Shown here: piece after piece, positions 36,905 to 47,431 of the stretch
How the letters are laid out: every line of letters starts with the position of its first letter
How positions within the stretch are numbered: the first letter of the stretch is position 1
Assembly: GCA_035402765.1 (NCBI GenBank)
Contig: DAONDX010000002.1
Span: forward strand, 65,173-129,172
Length of the DNA stretch: 64,000 bases
DNA from: Candidatus Omnitrophota bacterium
GTDB taxonomy: Bacteria > Omnitrophota > Gorgyraeia > Gygaellales > Profunditerraquicolaceae
Direction: 5' to 3'
Program-made: the position numbers and the translations under genes
The notes under the pieces: generated by a model
The model's database searches: none
What the model was told of the DNA's origin: nothing
Seen by the model: only the letters and a program-made list of their open reading frames with translations

Positions 36905-37479
36905 TATTCTTTAGTTTTTGCGGGATTTACTTCGATCCTGATTGTTCCGGATGTCGGATTCCCATCTTTGATTAAAAATCCCTGGTTGCCCTTAATTCCT
37001 GAATCCGAAGCGTTACGTTTTTTAGCTTTCAATTCTTTTATCGCCTTCTTTAATTCCTGCAGCGATCCCAACCTGAATTTAAACTGTTCATTCTCAACAT
37101 AGATACGTTTATGAATATCAATTAACGCTCTATTCTCCGCCTTTAAAACGGCAAATTTAGCGCTTGTATCTTCAAGTTCTGACTGGGTTTGAGAGCTATC
37201 CCGAAAAAGGCGCTTCAGCCTGATTTGGCTTGCCTTTAAATTAGCCTTAAGCTTTAGGTTCTTGACCGCTAAGGCCGCATTAAGCTCTTTTTCTTTCCCT
37301 ATCTCCTGCAATAAGTTTTGTTTCTCTTGCGTCAACGCCACAACTTCGCCTTGTGACCGGGTCAAACTATCCTGAAGCCTGAATCTTGCTTTTAATTCAC
37401 TAACGTATCTTACCATGCTAAAAGCAGCAATCCCTAGCAGTAAAATGAACGCTAGATTCTTAATCGCCTCTTTATTCAT
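36904..37479 (-). CDS. Membrane-anchored coiled-coil protein (cell-division FtsB/DivIC-like?)
   Basis: 191 aa. N-terminal TM then heptad-rich coiled coil. No enzymatic motif. Confidence 0.35.
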   Translation of the reverse strand: MNKEAIKNLAFILLLGIAAFSMVRYVSELKARFRLQDSLTRSQGEVVALTQEKQNLLQEIGKEKELNAALAVKNLKLKANLKASQIRLKRLFRDSSQTQSELEDTSAKFAVLKAENRALIDIHKRIYVENEQFKFRLGSLQELKKAIKELKAKKRNASDSGIKGNQGFLIKDGNPTSGTIRIEVNPAKTKE

Positions 37480-37574
37480 AAGCTTATATTATATAATCCT
37501 CGCTTTAAAAAGCAAGGTATTTTAATAAACGGCATCCGGATGCCTTCCTATAAAAAACGGTTAGATTATTACCT

Positions 37575-39128
37575 TTGGCACGTCTATTGGGCCGGAAGGA
37601 AAAAATGACCTCTAAAACATACAGCTTTGGCATTCTTGGTCTGGAAGCTTATCCGGTGGAGATAGAAATTGATGTTGCCAACGGGCTTCCCGCGGTAAAC
37701 CTGGTTGGCTTGGCGGATGCCGCGATCAAAGAGAGCAAAGAGAGAGTGCGTTCAGCGATTAAAAATTCAGGATTTCAGTGGCCGGCCCAAAGAATAACCA
37801 TTAACCTGGCCCCTTCTGATATCAAGAAAGAAGGCGCCTGTTTTGATCTAGCCATTGCCCTGGGTATTCTAGGGGCTACCGGACAAATCAATAAAGAATC
37901 TCTTAAAGATTACTCTTTTCTGGGCGAATTATCCTTAGATGGGCAACTGCGCCCGGTACATGGCGTCCTAACGATAAGTTTAACCCTGGCTAAATTACCT
38001 GTAAAAACCCTGGTCCTACCCGAAGAAAACGCCCAAGAAGCGGCAATCGTCCCGGAGGTCTCTGCCTGGGCCTTAAAAAGTTTAAAAGAGGTAGTGCAAT
38101 TCTTAACTGACCCCGCCAGCCGGCAGCCGCTCAAATTAGATATTCATCAAACCCTCAAGAACAGCGCAAATTATACTTTAGATTTTTCAGAAGTAAAAGG
38201 GCAATATTTTGCCAAAAGAGCGCTGGAAGTAGCGGTATCCGGAGGCCATAACATTATTTTAATCGGCCCGCCCGGTAGCGGCAAAACCATGCTGGCCAAA
38301 AGAATTCCAACTATTATGCCAAGCCTTTCTTTAGAAGAAGCTCTGGAAATAACTAAAATTCACTCCGTAGCCGGCACACTGTTAAACCGGGATGGCCTTA
38401 TCAAAACCCGGCCTTTCCGTTCCCCGCATCATAGCATTTCAGATGTCTCCTTGATTGGCGGAGGAAACATGCCTAAGCCCGGGGAGATCAGCTTATCTCA
38501 TTACGGAGTTTTATTCCTGGATGAATTGCCGGAATTTAACCGTAAAGCTCTGGAAGCATTAAGGCAGCCCTTAGAGGACCGTTTAATATGTGTCAGCCGC
38601 ATAAAAAGAACATTGGTTTTTCCCGCTTGTTTCATTTTAGCGGCAGCGCTTAACCCTTGTCCCTGCGGCAACTATTTTAGCCCGCAAAAAACCTGCCACT
38701 GCAGCCAAACAAAAATAAGAAATTATTTAGGGAGGATCTCCGGGCCGCTGTTGGATAGAATCGATTTGCATATCGAGGTTCCGCAGGTAAAATACCAGGA
38801 GTTAACCGATACTTGCCAGGCAGAATCCTCTGCAGCCATCAGGCAGCGCGTAGAGCGCGCCCGGGAAATTCAGCTCCTGAGATTCAAATCTCAAGGAATA
38901 TTATGCAACGCGCAAATGTCTCATAAGCTAATCCGGGAATATTGTGTTTTGGACAAAGAAGGCAGGGAGTTAATCCGGATGGCGATTGCAGAACTGGCTT
39001 TATCGGCAAGAGCTTATGATAAGATCCTTAAAGTTAGCCGGACAATCAGCGATTTAGCGGGAAGCGCGGACATAAAAACCGAGCATCTTTCGGAGGCAAT
39101 TCAATACCGCAGTTTAGACCGGCTGTAA
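37575..39128 (+). CDS. YifB/ComM Mg-chelatase-like AAA+ ATPase
   Basis: 517 aa. N-terminal Lon-protease-like domain (GIPAVNLVGLADAAIKESKERV). Walker A GPPGSGKT. ChlI-type C-terminus. Confidence 0.9.
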   Translation: MARLLGRKEKMTSKTYSFGILGLEAYPVEIEIDVANGLPAVNLVGLADAAIKESKERVRSAIKNSGFQWPAQRITINLAPSDIKKEGACFDLAIALGILGATGQINKESLKDYSFLGELSLDGQLRPVHGVLTISLTLAKLPVKTLVLPEENAQEAAIVPEVSAWALKSLKEVVQFLTDPASRQPLKLDIHQTLKNSANYTLDFSEVKGQYFAKRALEVAVSGGHNIILIGPPGSGKTMLAKRIPTIMPSLSLEEALEITKIHSVAGTLLNRDGLIKTRPFRSPHHSISDVSLIGGGNMPKPGEISLSHYGVLFLDELPEFNRKALEALRQPLEDRLICVSRIKRTLVFPACFILAAALNPCPCGNYFSPQKTCHCSQTKIRNYLGRISGPLLDRIDLHIEVPQVKYQELTDTCQAESSAAIRQRVERAREIQLLRFKSQGILCNAQMSHKLIREYCVLDKEGRELIRMAIAELALSARAYDKILKVSRTISDLAGSADIKTEHLSEAIQYRSLDRL

Positions 39129-39183
39129 TAGCTGGCGGTCTGCATAAACTTGCTAAAAATATCTGCAAGAGCTTATGGCTTGC

Positions 39184-39984
39184 TTAACTGCCCTTACATT
39201 TTTTGCATAACTCTAATTCCAACACGCCTTTTTTGATGTTTTTTCTTAACCGCCGGTAATTGGGCTTTCTCCAGATATCTATTAATCTGTCATTCTCAAG
39301 ATTGCCGAATTTAACCGAACTGAAATAATCCTGGCAACAGAGAATAAGATCACCGTTATAGTCGATCGCTACTTCCGGCAATAAAATTCTGCAGCGTGAT
39401 TTTTTAAACTCACAATCAATCAGGCCGCCGCGGTTGACAATATTTTTTATGCGATCATAGCTTAAGGAGGCGCCCTCATCACCGTGTATCTTTCTATATT
39501 CCAGCACCTTGCCCATATTAACCGAACGCTCTTCTGAATGCTGGGTAATCATAAAAGTATTAACGCCGCAGGCAAGCAGGCTTTTGTATAACTCAACCGT
39601 TAGAAAATCTCCGTTTGAAAAAATGCAGATTTTTGCCAAAGGTAATTTAGACCTGGTATATGCCATGAATTGCACCAGCCGTTCATCCAGAAGCGGTTCC
39701 CCGTATAAACAAGGAGAAACAATCCCGCTGAATTCAAGCTCGCTGAGCTCATCCACCAGCTTGTAAAATAGCTCTGTTTTTAAAAATTTCTTATTTTCCG
39801 CCAGCCCCCGGTCAAATTTTGAATTCGGGCAGTAAGCGCACCTTCTATTACAGACAGTTATAGTTTCGATGCTGACAAATTTAAAAAGACCACCGGGGCC
39901 GTACTCAAGCAGATGCAATAACGCTATCCTTATTCTGGTTAATTTATCGAGGATTTTCATGACCAACTGTCTTACAATTCTCAT
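39184..39984 (-). CDS. Radical SAM protein with C-terminal SPASM-like Cys cluster
   Basis: 266 aa. CNRRCAYC (CxxxCxxC). C-terminal CCQDYF...CKKCKG. Confidence 0.65.
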   Translation of the reverse strand: MRIVRQLVMKILDKLTRIRIALLHLLEYGPGGLFKFVSIETITVCNRRCAYCPNSKFDRGLAENKKFLKTELFYKLVDELSELEFSGIVSPCLYGEPLLDERLVQFMAYTRSKLPLAKICIFSNGDFLTVELYKSLLACGVNTFMITQHSEERSVNMGKVLEYRKIHGDEGASLSYDRIKNIVNRGGLIDCEFKKSRCRILLPEVAIDYNGDLILCCQDYFSSVKFGNLENDRLIDIWRKPNYRRLRKNIKKGVLELELCKKCKGS

Positions 39985-40028
39985 CGCTTACTAGTATGTT
40001 CGCCGGATACTGATAGCAGGCGTATATT

Positions 40029-41747
40029 CTATTTGGATTTAATTAGATTTTGCAGCACTTCCTTATTGTCGGGATCGATCGCCAAGGCTTTTTGCCAATA
40101 TTTTTCAGCTGTTTGGCGGTCATCCATCTTGGCATAGATAACCCCCAAACCGTTATATGCCTTAACTAAATCGGGATCAAGCTCTATCGCGCGCAGAAAA
40201 TAATCAATCGCTTTGGTGTAAGAACCTTGATCTTTAAATACCGATCCGAGATAAAAGTATAGCTGCCCTGAACCGGGGTTTGATTCCAACGCTTTATTAA
40301 ACGCCTCCAGCGCCTGAACCGGCATGCCTTGAGCATAATAACACAGGCCCAAATACATATAATCTTCGGTAATAAATCCCGGCGGGGTCAGATTTATCGC
40401 CGTGTTATATTCTTGTATCGCCTTATCATATAAATTACTGCTGAAAAACCCATAGGCCAGGTAACTGTGGGCTTCGAAACTATCCGGATAGATATCCGTC
40501 ATTTCCGACCACAAAGAAATACTGTCCCGGTAGCTGCGGTTTCTAATCAGCGAGAACATAGAATAAAATATCAGCAATATAATAATCGCATTTTTCGATA
40601 TCTTCAGCAGCGTTTCCTTCCGGAGCGAAAAAATATGAAAAGACGGCAATTTCAACAAAAATACCGCCAGAAAAAAACAGAAACCAATAATAGGAATATA
40701 AAGATACCGATTGGCGACAAAATTATTTATCAGTACGATATTCGACACCGGGAGTAAAGCGATAAAGAACCAGTAGATCGAAAATGACATTTCTTTGGAA
40801 AACCGTTTAATTTTATAGCCGGCAAAAAAACTGATTATAATCAACAAAGTGCAGAAAAATACCGGCGGGGTAAAAAAAGAATGGGAAATAAAATTATTTC
40901 CGTGCAGTATAAGATGGGTGTAAATAGGGAAAAAGGCCAGATAAATATAATGCACCAGGACCCTGGACATGGTCAGAAGATTGGTATAAAAACTCCCCCC
41001 GGGATACACCAATTCCGGGGCGGCGCTGTTTTTCATCAGAAAAAATTCCACCCAGAGATAGAATAAACCTACCAAAACAAATCCCAAATAACGGGATTTA
41101 AAACTGCCGAGTAATTTGCGCCGGTCCTCCTGAAAAACAAAAAAATAATCATAGGCGATTAACATTAAGGGCAGGGTAACCGCCATTTCTTTGGAGAATA
41201 AAGCCAGGGCGAATGAAAACAGCCCTGCGCCATAAAGATAGTTTATTTTTTGCTTAAGGAGCCTTGCGGATTGAATATATAAAATAAATGAAAGCAGGTA
41301 AAAAAAACAGGCCCACAGGTCTTCCCGGAAAGAAACAACGCTTATTGCTTCCGAGTTAACCGGATGAAGAGAAAATAACAGGGCAGTTAGTAATGCCAGC
41401 TTGACGTTAGCAGAGATTAAATTTACCAGAAGATAAAGCAGGCTGGCATTAAAAATATGCAGTAGCAAATTGCTAAGATGAAATCCAAAAGCCCTGTCTC
41501 CCCAGATAGAATAATCAATAAAATAGGAAAGCGTGGCAACCGGCCGGTAAGTTATTTCCCCGAAAGAAACCAGATAGGCTTTAGAAAAAATAAGGGGTAA
41601 ATTATTAAAGGACTTGATAAAATTATTGCTTGTTATATTCCAAATATCATCCCAGACAAATCCGTTCAACAATGAATTTGCGTAGGCGATGGTCGTCATG
41701 AAAATAATTATTAAAATAGCATACTTAGAAAAAAAGTTGTTTTTCAT
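40029..41747 (-). CDS. Polytopic membrane protein with C-terminal TPR repeats (PMT/ArnT-like glycosyltransferase-TPR architecture)
   Basis: 572 aa. ~10 TM N-terminal body. C-terminal TPRs (AYNGLGVIYAKMDD..AEKYWQKALAIDP). Confidence 0.55.
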   Translation of the reverse strand: MKNNFFSKYAILIIIFMTTIAYANSLLNGFVWDDIWNITSNNFIKSFNNLPLIFSKAYLVSFGEITYRPVATLSYFIDYSIWGDRAFGFHLSNLLLHIFNASLLYLLVNLISANVKLALLTALLFSLHPVNSEAISVVSFREDLWACFFYLLSFILYIQSARLLKQKINYLYGAGLFSFALALFSKEMAVTLPLMLIAYDYFFVFQEDRRKLLGSFKSRYLGFVLVGLFYLWVEFFLMKNSAAPELVYPGGSFYTNLLTMSRVLVHYIYLAFFPIYTHLILHGNNFISHSFFTPPVFFCTLLIIISFFAGYKIKRFSKEMSFSIYWFFIALLPVSNIVLINNFVANRYLYIPIIGFCFFLAVFLLKLPSFHIFSLRKETLLKISKNAIIILLIFYSMFSLIRNRSYRDSISLWSEMTDIYPDSFEAHSYLAYGFFSSNLYDKAIQEYNTAINLTPPGFITEDYMYLGLCYYAQGMPVQALEAFNKALESNPGSGQLYFYLGSVFKDQGSYTKAIDYFLRAIELDPDLVKAYNGLGVIYAKMDDRQTAEKYWQKALAIDPDNKEVLQNLIKSK

Positions 41748-41917
41748 GGCTAGACCTTAAATGTTTTATTGGCGCTGGGTTAGTTTTATATTTTTAAAAC
41801 AGGCGCTCCCTAAGCGGATTTAAGCCGTTTAGTAAAAAACCTGCTGGAACTTTCCGGCGAATAATTAATTTTACCTGCTTTTTTTAATCTTTATGCTGAT
41901 TTGGCCGCTTAAATATT

Positions 41918-44158
41918 CTATTTTTTATAAGGCTTAAGCAGTTCCAGGAATTTCGGGTTAACAGTATAGCCTAACGCCGCAGCCTGATCGCTATGTCCAA
42001 CGGCCAAATCATATTCTTGCGCATAATAATAAGCTGCGGCAAGATTATTGTGCGCCACCGCCAAGCGGGGGTCAAGTTTTAACGCTTTTTTAAACCAGGT
42101 AATCGCTGCTTTATTCCTGCCGGTAGTTAAATAGGCATTACCCAGGCTGACATAGGCTGCTTTGAAACTCGGGTCAAGCTCGATCACCTTGCGGTAGAAT
42201 GGAATTGCCTGCCTATCTTGCTGAGCATCCACAAATAAATTACCGAAATAATAGTAAGCTTCAAGTAAATCCACATGGTTAACCACGGCTTTTTTATATA
42301 ACGCTTCCAGCTCTTTTTTCCGCCCGGAAGCTTTATAAATTCCAGCCAATGCGCTATAGGCCGGTTCATAAGCAGGGTCTATGGCCATAGCTTTGAAAAA
42401 CATATTTTGAGCTTCTTGCTCCCTGCCCTGCTGGGCGTATAAAATGCCCAGAGCATCGTAGGCATATAATTTTGTTTTAACGGTCGCCAAGGCGAATGAA
42501 CTCAAGGAACCGGTTCTTTCTTGAATACCGGTATTGCTCCACCGGTTTCCTAATTCGGTTACTTTGGTATATAACGCCGCGGCCTGATTTTTGTTACCCA
42601 GCGAATCTTCGATATTAGCCAGAGCAAGATATGCCCCGGCTTCAACGGCCAAACGGTTAAAGATCATTACGCTATTCTTCTGCTTGTTTGACTTTCCCAG
42701 ATCGACCCGGTTGAAGTAATCCTCTTCCTCTTTGATAAGCTGCGTAAATATGGCGATTGCTTCCTGATTTTTTCCCAAAGCCCGCAGTGAATCTCCCAAA
42801 TTAAGATAGTAATACTTATATGTAGGATTATAAAGCGGCTTGACAGCTACCTGCATGGCCAGTTTAAAATCAGCATAGGCCTCCTGGAACTGCCCGCGGC
42901 CCATCAAGGCTTCTCCCCGGTTATTATAGGCGGCGGCAATATTAGGATAATTTGCTAAAACATTATTCCACAAACTCACGCTATCTTTCCAAACCCGGCT
43001 TCTTTGCCGGGTAGAAAACGTCAAAAAAATTACGGCCAAGACTAATCCCGATACTAAAATACCCCTGGCCAGGCGGATATATCTTGCCGGACGGCAGTAC
43101 AGCCAAAACAGACCTTCGGCGGCTAAATAGAATATCCCGATCACCGGCAAATAAACATAGCGGTCAGCTACCAATACATCATCCAGCGGTAAAAACCGCA
43201 AAGCAGGAAAAATGGTTAAGCAAAAAAACCCCACACCAAAAATTATTTTTCTGGAATACCGCATAGAGATAGCCGCAATCACAAATAAAATAATAACCAG
43301 CGCAAAAGAATATAAATAGAGCGGATTATTTTTTATTTCGGTATACGGATATAATACGGAAAACTTAACCGGCAAAAATATTTTACCCAGATAAAAAATA
43401 ATATCGTAAGCTGCGCCCGTCAGCCTGGTAAACAAACTGTATGAGTTTTCATCAAAAAAAACCTTCGCTAAACGCCCGCCGGCCAGCGCGATCAACCCGA
43501 AGAGCAGTGATAAAACAAAAAAAGGTATTTTTTCCATAAACAATTTTCGATCTATCTTCCTGGCCAATAGATAGTCTAAACTTAATAAAACCAACGGCAA
43601 GGTAAGGGCCATCGATTTGGAGAGCAGGGACAAACTAAACAGCGCTAAACAGGAATAGTAATATTTTAATTTTTCTTCTTTCCCAAGATAATTAAGATAA
43701 CTGATGATTGCGCCCAAGTAGAAGAAAGCATATAACAAATTTTTCCTCTCGCTGATCCAAGCTACCGATTCTGCCTGTATCGGATGTATTCCAAAACCAA
43801 GAGCCACCAGGCAGGCAATCGCGATCTTCCCGGTGAGCATATAGATTAACCAAAAAACCAGCAGGCAGTTTAATAAATGCAGGATGAGGTTGGTGAGATG
43901 GTAGCCAAAAGGGTTAAGCTTAAAAAAATGATAATCCAATAAATAAGAGAAGATTGTTACCGGCTGGTAATGCGTGATAAAAAATGAAACGGAGATGTGT
44001 TTTAAATTTTCTAAAGAAACCGAGCGGATAGCTTTATTTTCCGTGACATATAAATTGTCATCCCAATTGGTGAAATTGTTTTTAAGACAAGGGTAAAAAG
44101 AAAACAGGGTAATCAGGAGGATTAAAAAAACGGGGATAACTATTTTTAAGTTTTTCAC
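41918..44158 (-). CDS. Paralogous polytopic membrane + TPR-repeat protein (larger)
   Basis: 746 aa. Same architecture as the neighbour. Similar N-terminus (W.D. ..Y.TEN / ITSNNF). >6 TPR units. Confidence 0.55.
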   Translation of the reverse strand: MKNLKIVIPVFLILLITLFSFYPCLKNNFTNWDDNLYVTENKAIRSVSLENLKHISVSFFITHYQPVTIFSYLLDYHFFKLNPFGYHLTNLILHLLNCLLVFWLIYMLTGKIAIACLVALGFGIHPIQAESVAWISERKNLLYAFFYLGAIISYLNYLGKEEKLKYYYSCLALFSLSLLSKSMALTLPLVLLSLDYLLARKIDRKLFMEKIPFFVLSLLFGLIALAGGRLAKVFFDENSYSLFTRLTGAAYDIIFYLGKIFLPVKFSVLYPYTEIKNNPLYLYSFALVIILFVIAAISMRYSRKIIFGVGFFCLTIFPALRFLPLDDVLVADRYVYLPVIGIFYLAAEGLFWLYCRPARYIRLARGILVSGLVLAVIFLTFSTRQRSRVWKDSVSLWNNVLANYPNIAAAYNNRGEALMGRGQFQEAYADFKLAMQVAVKPLYNPTYKYYYLNLGDSLRALGKNQEAIAIFTQLIKEEEDYFNRVDLGKSNKQKNSVMIFNRLAVEAGAYLALANIEDSLGNKNQAAALYTKVTELGNRWSNTGIQERTGSLSSFALATVKTKLYAYDALGILYAQQGREQEAQNMFFKAMAIDPAYEPAYSALAGIYKASGRKKELEALYKKAVVNHVDLLEAYYYFGNLFVDAQQDRQAIPFYRKVIELDPSFKAAYVSLGNAYLTTGRNKAAITWFKKALKLDPRLAVAHNNLAAAYYYAQEYDLAVGHSDQAAALGYTVNPKFLELLKPYKK

Positions 44159-44248
44159 GATTAAAATATTTGTCCCGGGGAGCTGCTAAAATTTCGTTTT
44201 AATTGCCCTAAATTAAATAAGCTTTCTATAATCGATGCGATCGACAAA

Positions 44249-45262
44249 TTAACGCGTGACGACTTCGATTACGGAGGTAGCGCTGGAAACGGAGCCTTCC
44301 TGGTCCCTGACGGTGAGGGTAACCGTGAAATTACGCGAACCAAAAGTGGTGCTCCAGTAGGTATTCTCGGGATTTTTCTTGGTAGAGGTATCTCCATCGC
44401 CGAAATCCCACAGATAAGAAACAATTTTACCGGACTGAGAATATGACTTCTGCCCGGAGAAATTCACTTTTAAAGGAGAATAACCTTTGAGGGGCCGAGC
44501 AACAATCACGGCCGTGGGCGGAGCTGACATCTTTTTGGCCGCCGGCACTTCTTCAATAGCGGCGGATTTAATTTCCGCCGGACTTTGAGGGGAGGTAACG
44601 GGCTCAACCGCCAATACCGCAGCGGGCGCTTCTTGGATTACCGGCGGCTGCGGAGTAACCTGAACAGCCGGCTCTAAAACAAGCGCGGGAGCTTCTGTCT
44701 TAACTACTGTTGCATCTTGAATCTGCGGGGCAACTTGACCAACCACCTGAGCTTGAGAAAGCGCCGCCTCAACTACTCCCTGGCCACCTGACTCTTCAGC
44801 CAAATCCTTAGCGATATAGGCATCGAGCTCTTTCCTTAAATTAGCTACCCGCTCCATGGATAAGGTTTCTTTTTCTTCCTCATCTTTGTCCACTTTAGCT
44901 TTATATTTAGAATTATGGTTATATTTATAATCGGCCACGGCGATGAACGGCCAGCGCAGGAGGCCGCCGATAAAACCCGCAACCATCGCCGGCGGTTCCC
45001 AAAGATATGCTTTCAGGCGCGATTCAATCTGATCCATCTTTTTATAATAATATTCCACTTTAGATTTACGGCGCTTAAACCGTTCCTTGGCTAAAGTTAA
45101 ATCCGGAAGGGATTTATCTTTCCCTACCGTATACTCTGCCAGAGGATAACCGTCATAATAAGCTAAATAACCCTGGCTATCGGAATTAGGTTTTTGAAAT
45201 TTATATGTAGCGCAACCCGATAAAAGAAATGCCAAAATTAACAAAACCGGTATTTTTTTCAA
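44249..45262 (-). CDS. Lipoprotein with C-terminal PKD domain
   Basis: 337 aa. Lipobox LSGCAT. PKD signature (KVNFSG...YLWDFGDGDTS...FTVTLTVRD). Confidence 0.6.
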   Translation of the reverse strand: MKKIPVLLILAFLLSGCATYKFQKPNSDSQGYLAYYDGYPLAEYTVGKDKSLPDLTLAKERFKRRKSKVEYYYKKMDQIESRLKAYLWEPPAMVAGFIGGLLRWPFIAVADYKYNHNSKYKAKVDKDEEEKETLSMERVANLRKELDAYIAKDLAEESGGQGVVEAALSQAQVVGQVAPQIQDATVVKTEAPALVLEPAVQVTPQPPVIQEAPAAVLAVEPVTSPQSPAEIKSAAIEEVPAAKKMSAPPTAVIVARPLKGYSPLKVNFSGQKSYSQSGKIVSYLWDFGDGDTSTKKNPENTYWSTTFGSRNFTVTLTVRDQEGSVSSATSVIEVVTR

Positions 45263-45314
45263 AGCGATTACCCTTTCGTGGTTTAACCCAGCAGCGCCCG
45301 GTGAGACCCTCTTT

Positions 45315-45872
45315 TTACTGGCGCATTAAAGCTAAAGCCTCAGAACGCGTCTTTTCGTTCTCTTTAAAAATTCCCCGCACGGCGGAGGTTACCGTCATCG
45401 TACCCGGTTTTCTTACTCCGCGCATAGACATACATAAATGCTCTGCCTCAATAACAACCATCACTCCCAAAGGCTTTAATTTATTCATCACAATCTCGGC
45501 AATCTGCGTAGTCAATCTTTCTTGAACCTGCGGCCGGTGCGCTAAGATATCTACTACCCGGGCCAGCTTACTTAACCCGGTAACCCGGCCATTCTTAGGA
45601 ATATAGGCAATATTGGCTTTGCCGAAAAAGGGCACCAGATGGTGCTCGCAGATAGAATATAACGGTATACCCCGCAGCAAGATAATTTCATGGTGTTTTT
45701 GCTCTAAAATAACCTCCAGCTCTTTTTCCGGATTCTGTTTAATGCCCGAAAATATCTCTTCGCACATTTGAGCGTAGCGCCGGGGTGTCTCCAGGAGGTC
45801 CTTTCTTTGCGGATCTTCACCGATCGCCTCTAAAATTTGGCGTACGGCTTTTTCGATTTTAGCTTTATTCAT
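45315..45872 (-). CDS. folE: GTP cyclohydrolase I
   Basis: 185 aa. CEHHLVPF zinc-binding motif and FolE C-terminal pattern. Confidence 0.9.
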   Translation of the reverse strand: MNKAKIEKAVRQILEAIGEDPQRKDLLETPRRYAQMCEEIFSGIKQNPEKELEVILEQKHHEIILLRGIPLYSICEHHLVPFFGKANIAYIPKNGRVTGLSKLARVVDILAHRPQVQERLTTQIAEIVMNKLKPLGVMVVIEAEHLCMSMRGVRKPGTMTVTSAVRGIFKENEKTRSEALALMRQ

Positions 45873-46048
45873 TTTAAAAGTTCCTTTATTAAACCCTAAA
45901 ATTACTTCAGGTATTATCTAATGAAAAACACCTTTGCGCAAGCCGTTTTTTAAATGCCGGCTGGATGGGGAACCGGTAACGGCAAATCAACCCCTGTTGG
46001 AATTTAAACCCCTAATCTCAGAAACCGGGCAGCAATAACAGCCTGCTC

Positions 46049-47431
46049 TTACTTTCCGATACAAAAATCCGAAAAGATCCTGTCCAGAAGATCCTCGGAA
46101 AAACTTTTGCCCAGGATTTTATCCAGATAGACACAGGCATCTTTTAAATTTTGCGTAATTAATTCCAAGGGCGGTTGATCCGACAAAATAACCCGGGTTT
46201 GGTTGATCAGCTTCTGAGCATCCCGCAGGGCATGAATATGCCTTAAATTGCTTACCAGCATAAATTCCGGGTTGGGCAACTTCCCCTGGTAAACAAAATC
46301 ATAGAGCGCATCCTCCAGATGATTTAAATTTTTTCCGGATTTAGCCGCCAGTAAAACCACCTTAGAAAATGCGCTAAGGATAACTTTTTTCTCAATTTCT
46401 GCTTTCAAATCAATTTTATTAATTACCGCGATGGTCTTTTTATGCTTAATTTCTTTAATCAACTTTAAATCTTGGCCGTCCAGATTATGACTGGCATCAA
46501 ATAGAATGATTACCAGGTCTGCGGCTTTAATTTCATTCCGCGCCAATTTTACCGCTTTTCTTTCGATGAGATTACGCGGCGCCAGAATCCCGGCCGTATC
46601 CACGATCCTCACCGGAATGCCTTTAATATCCATCAGCTCTTCAATGGTATCCCGGGTAGTCCCGGCCACCGGAGTAACAATAGAGCGTTCTTTTTTAAGT
46701 AAAGCGTTTAGAAGCGAAGATTTACCGACATTGGGTTTGCCGCAAATAACCACGTGAAGACCTTCACGCAGGATCCTTCCGCCGGAAGCATTGTTTAACA
46801 GCAGATTTAATTGAGCATCGGCTGAGGCCAGCGACCGGGAGGTTTTTTCTAGATCCTGCGCCTGGATCTCTTCTTCGGGAAAATCTATATTTGCTTCCAA
46901 GATCACCAGGATATCCAAAAGCCTGCGGCGGATTTTATTAATCTCCCGGGAGAGGCTGCCATTTAGTTGTCCTAAGCTGATTTTAAGCGCAGAATCTGTT
47001 TTGGCACGGATAATATCAATCACCGCTTCAGCCTGGGCCAGGTCAATCCGTCCATTTAAGAATGCCCGCCGGGTAAATTCACCCGGGCTGGCTAACCGGC
47101 AACCCTGCTCCAGCACCAAATCCAGGATTTTACGCAAAGCCAGACGGCCACCGTGGCAGTTTATTTCGACAACATCCTGGCGGGTATAAGAGTTCGGCCG
47201 GCGCATAACGGTAAGAATAACCTCATCAATGATCTTATGCTGATCGACAATCTTGCCATAATGCATCGTGTAACTTTTAAAACTTGTCGGTTTATTTTTA
47301 TCTAGACCCACAAAAATTTTATCTGCCACCTTAAGCGAATCTTTACCGCTTAAGCGCACAATACCGATTCCGCCTTCTCCGTTAGCTGTAGAAATTGCCG
47401 CAATAGTATCCTGTAGATTATCTTCCCACAT
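46049..47431 (-). CDS. mnmE: tRNA modification GTPase MnmE
   Basis: 460 aa. G1 GKPNVGKSS, G3 DTAG. C-terminal CIGK tetrapeptide. Confidence 0.9.
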   Translation of the reverse strand: MWEDNLQDTIAAISTANGEGGIGIVRLSGKDSLKVADKIFVGLDKNKPTSFKSYTMHYGKIVDQHKIIDEVILTVMRRPNSYTRQDVVEINCHGGRLALRKILDLVLEQGCRLASPGEFTRRAFLNGRIDLAQAEAVIDIIRAKTDSALKISLGQLNGSLSREINKIRRRLLDILVILEANIDFPEEEIQAQDLEKTSRSLASADAQLNLLLNNASGGRILREGLHVVICGKPNVGKSSLLNALLKKERSIVTPVAGTTRDTIEELMDIKGIPVRIVDTAGILAPRNLIERKAVKLARNEIKAADLVIILFDASHNLDGQDLKLIKEIKHKKTIAVINKIDLKAEIEKKVILSAFSKVVLLAAKSGKNLNHLEDALYDFVYQGKLPNPEFMLVSNLRHIHALRDAQKLINQTRVILSDQPPLELITQNLKDACVYLDKILGKSFSEDLLDRIFSDFCIGK

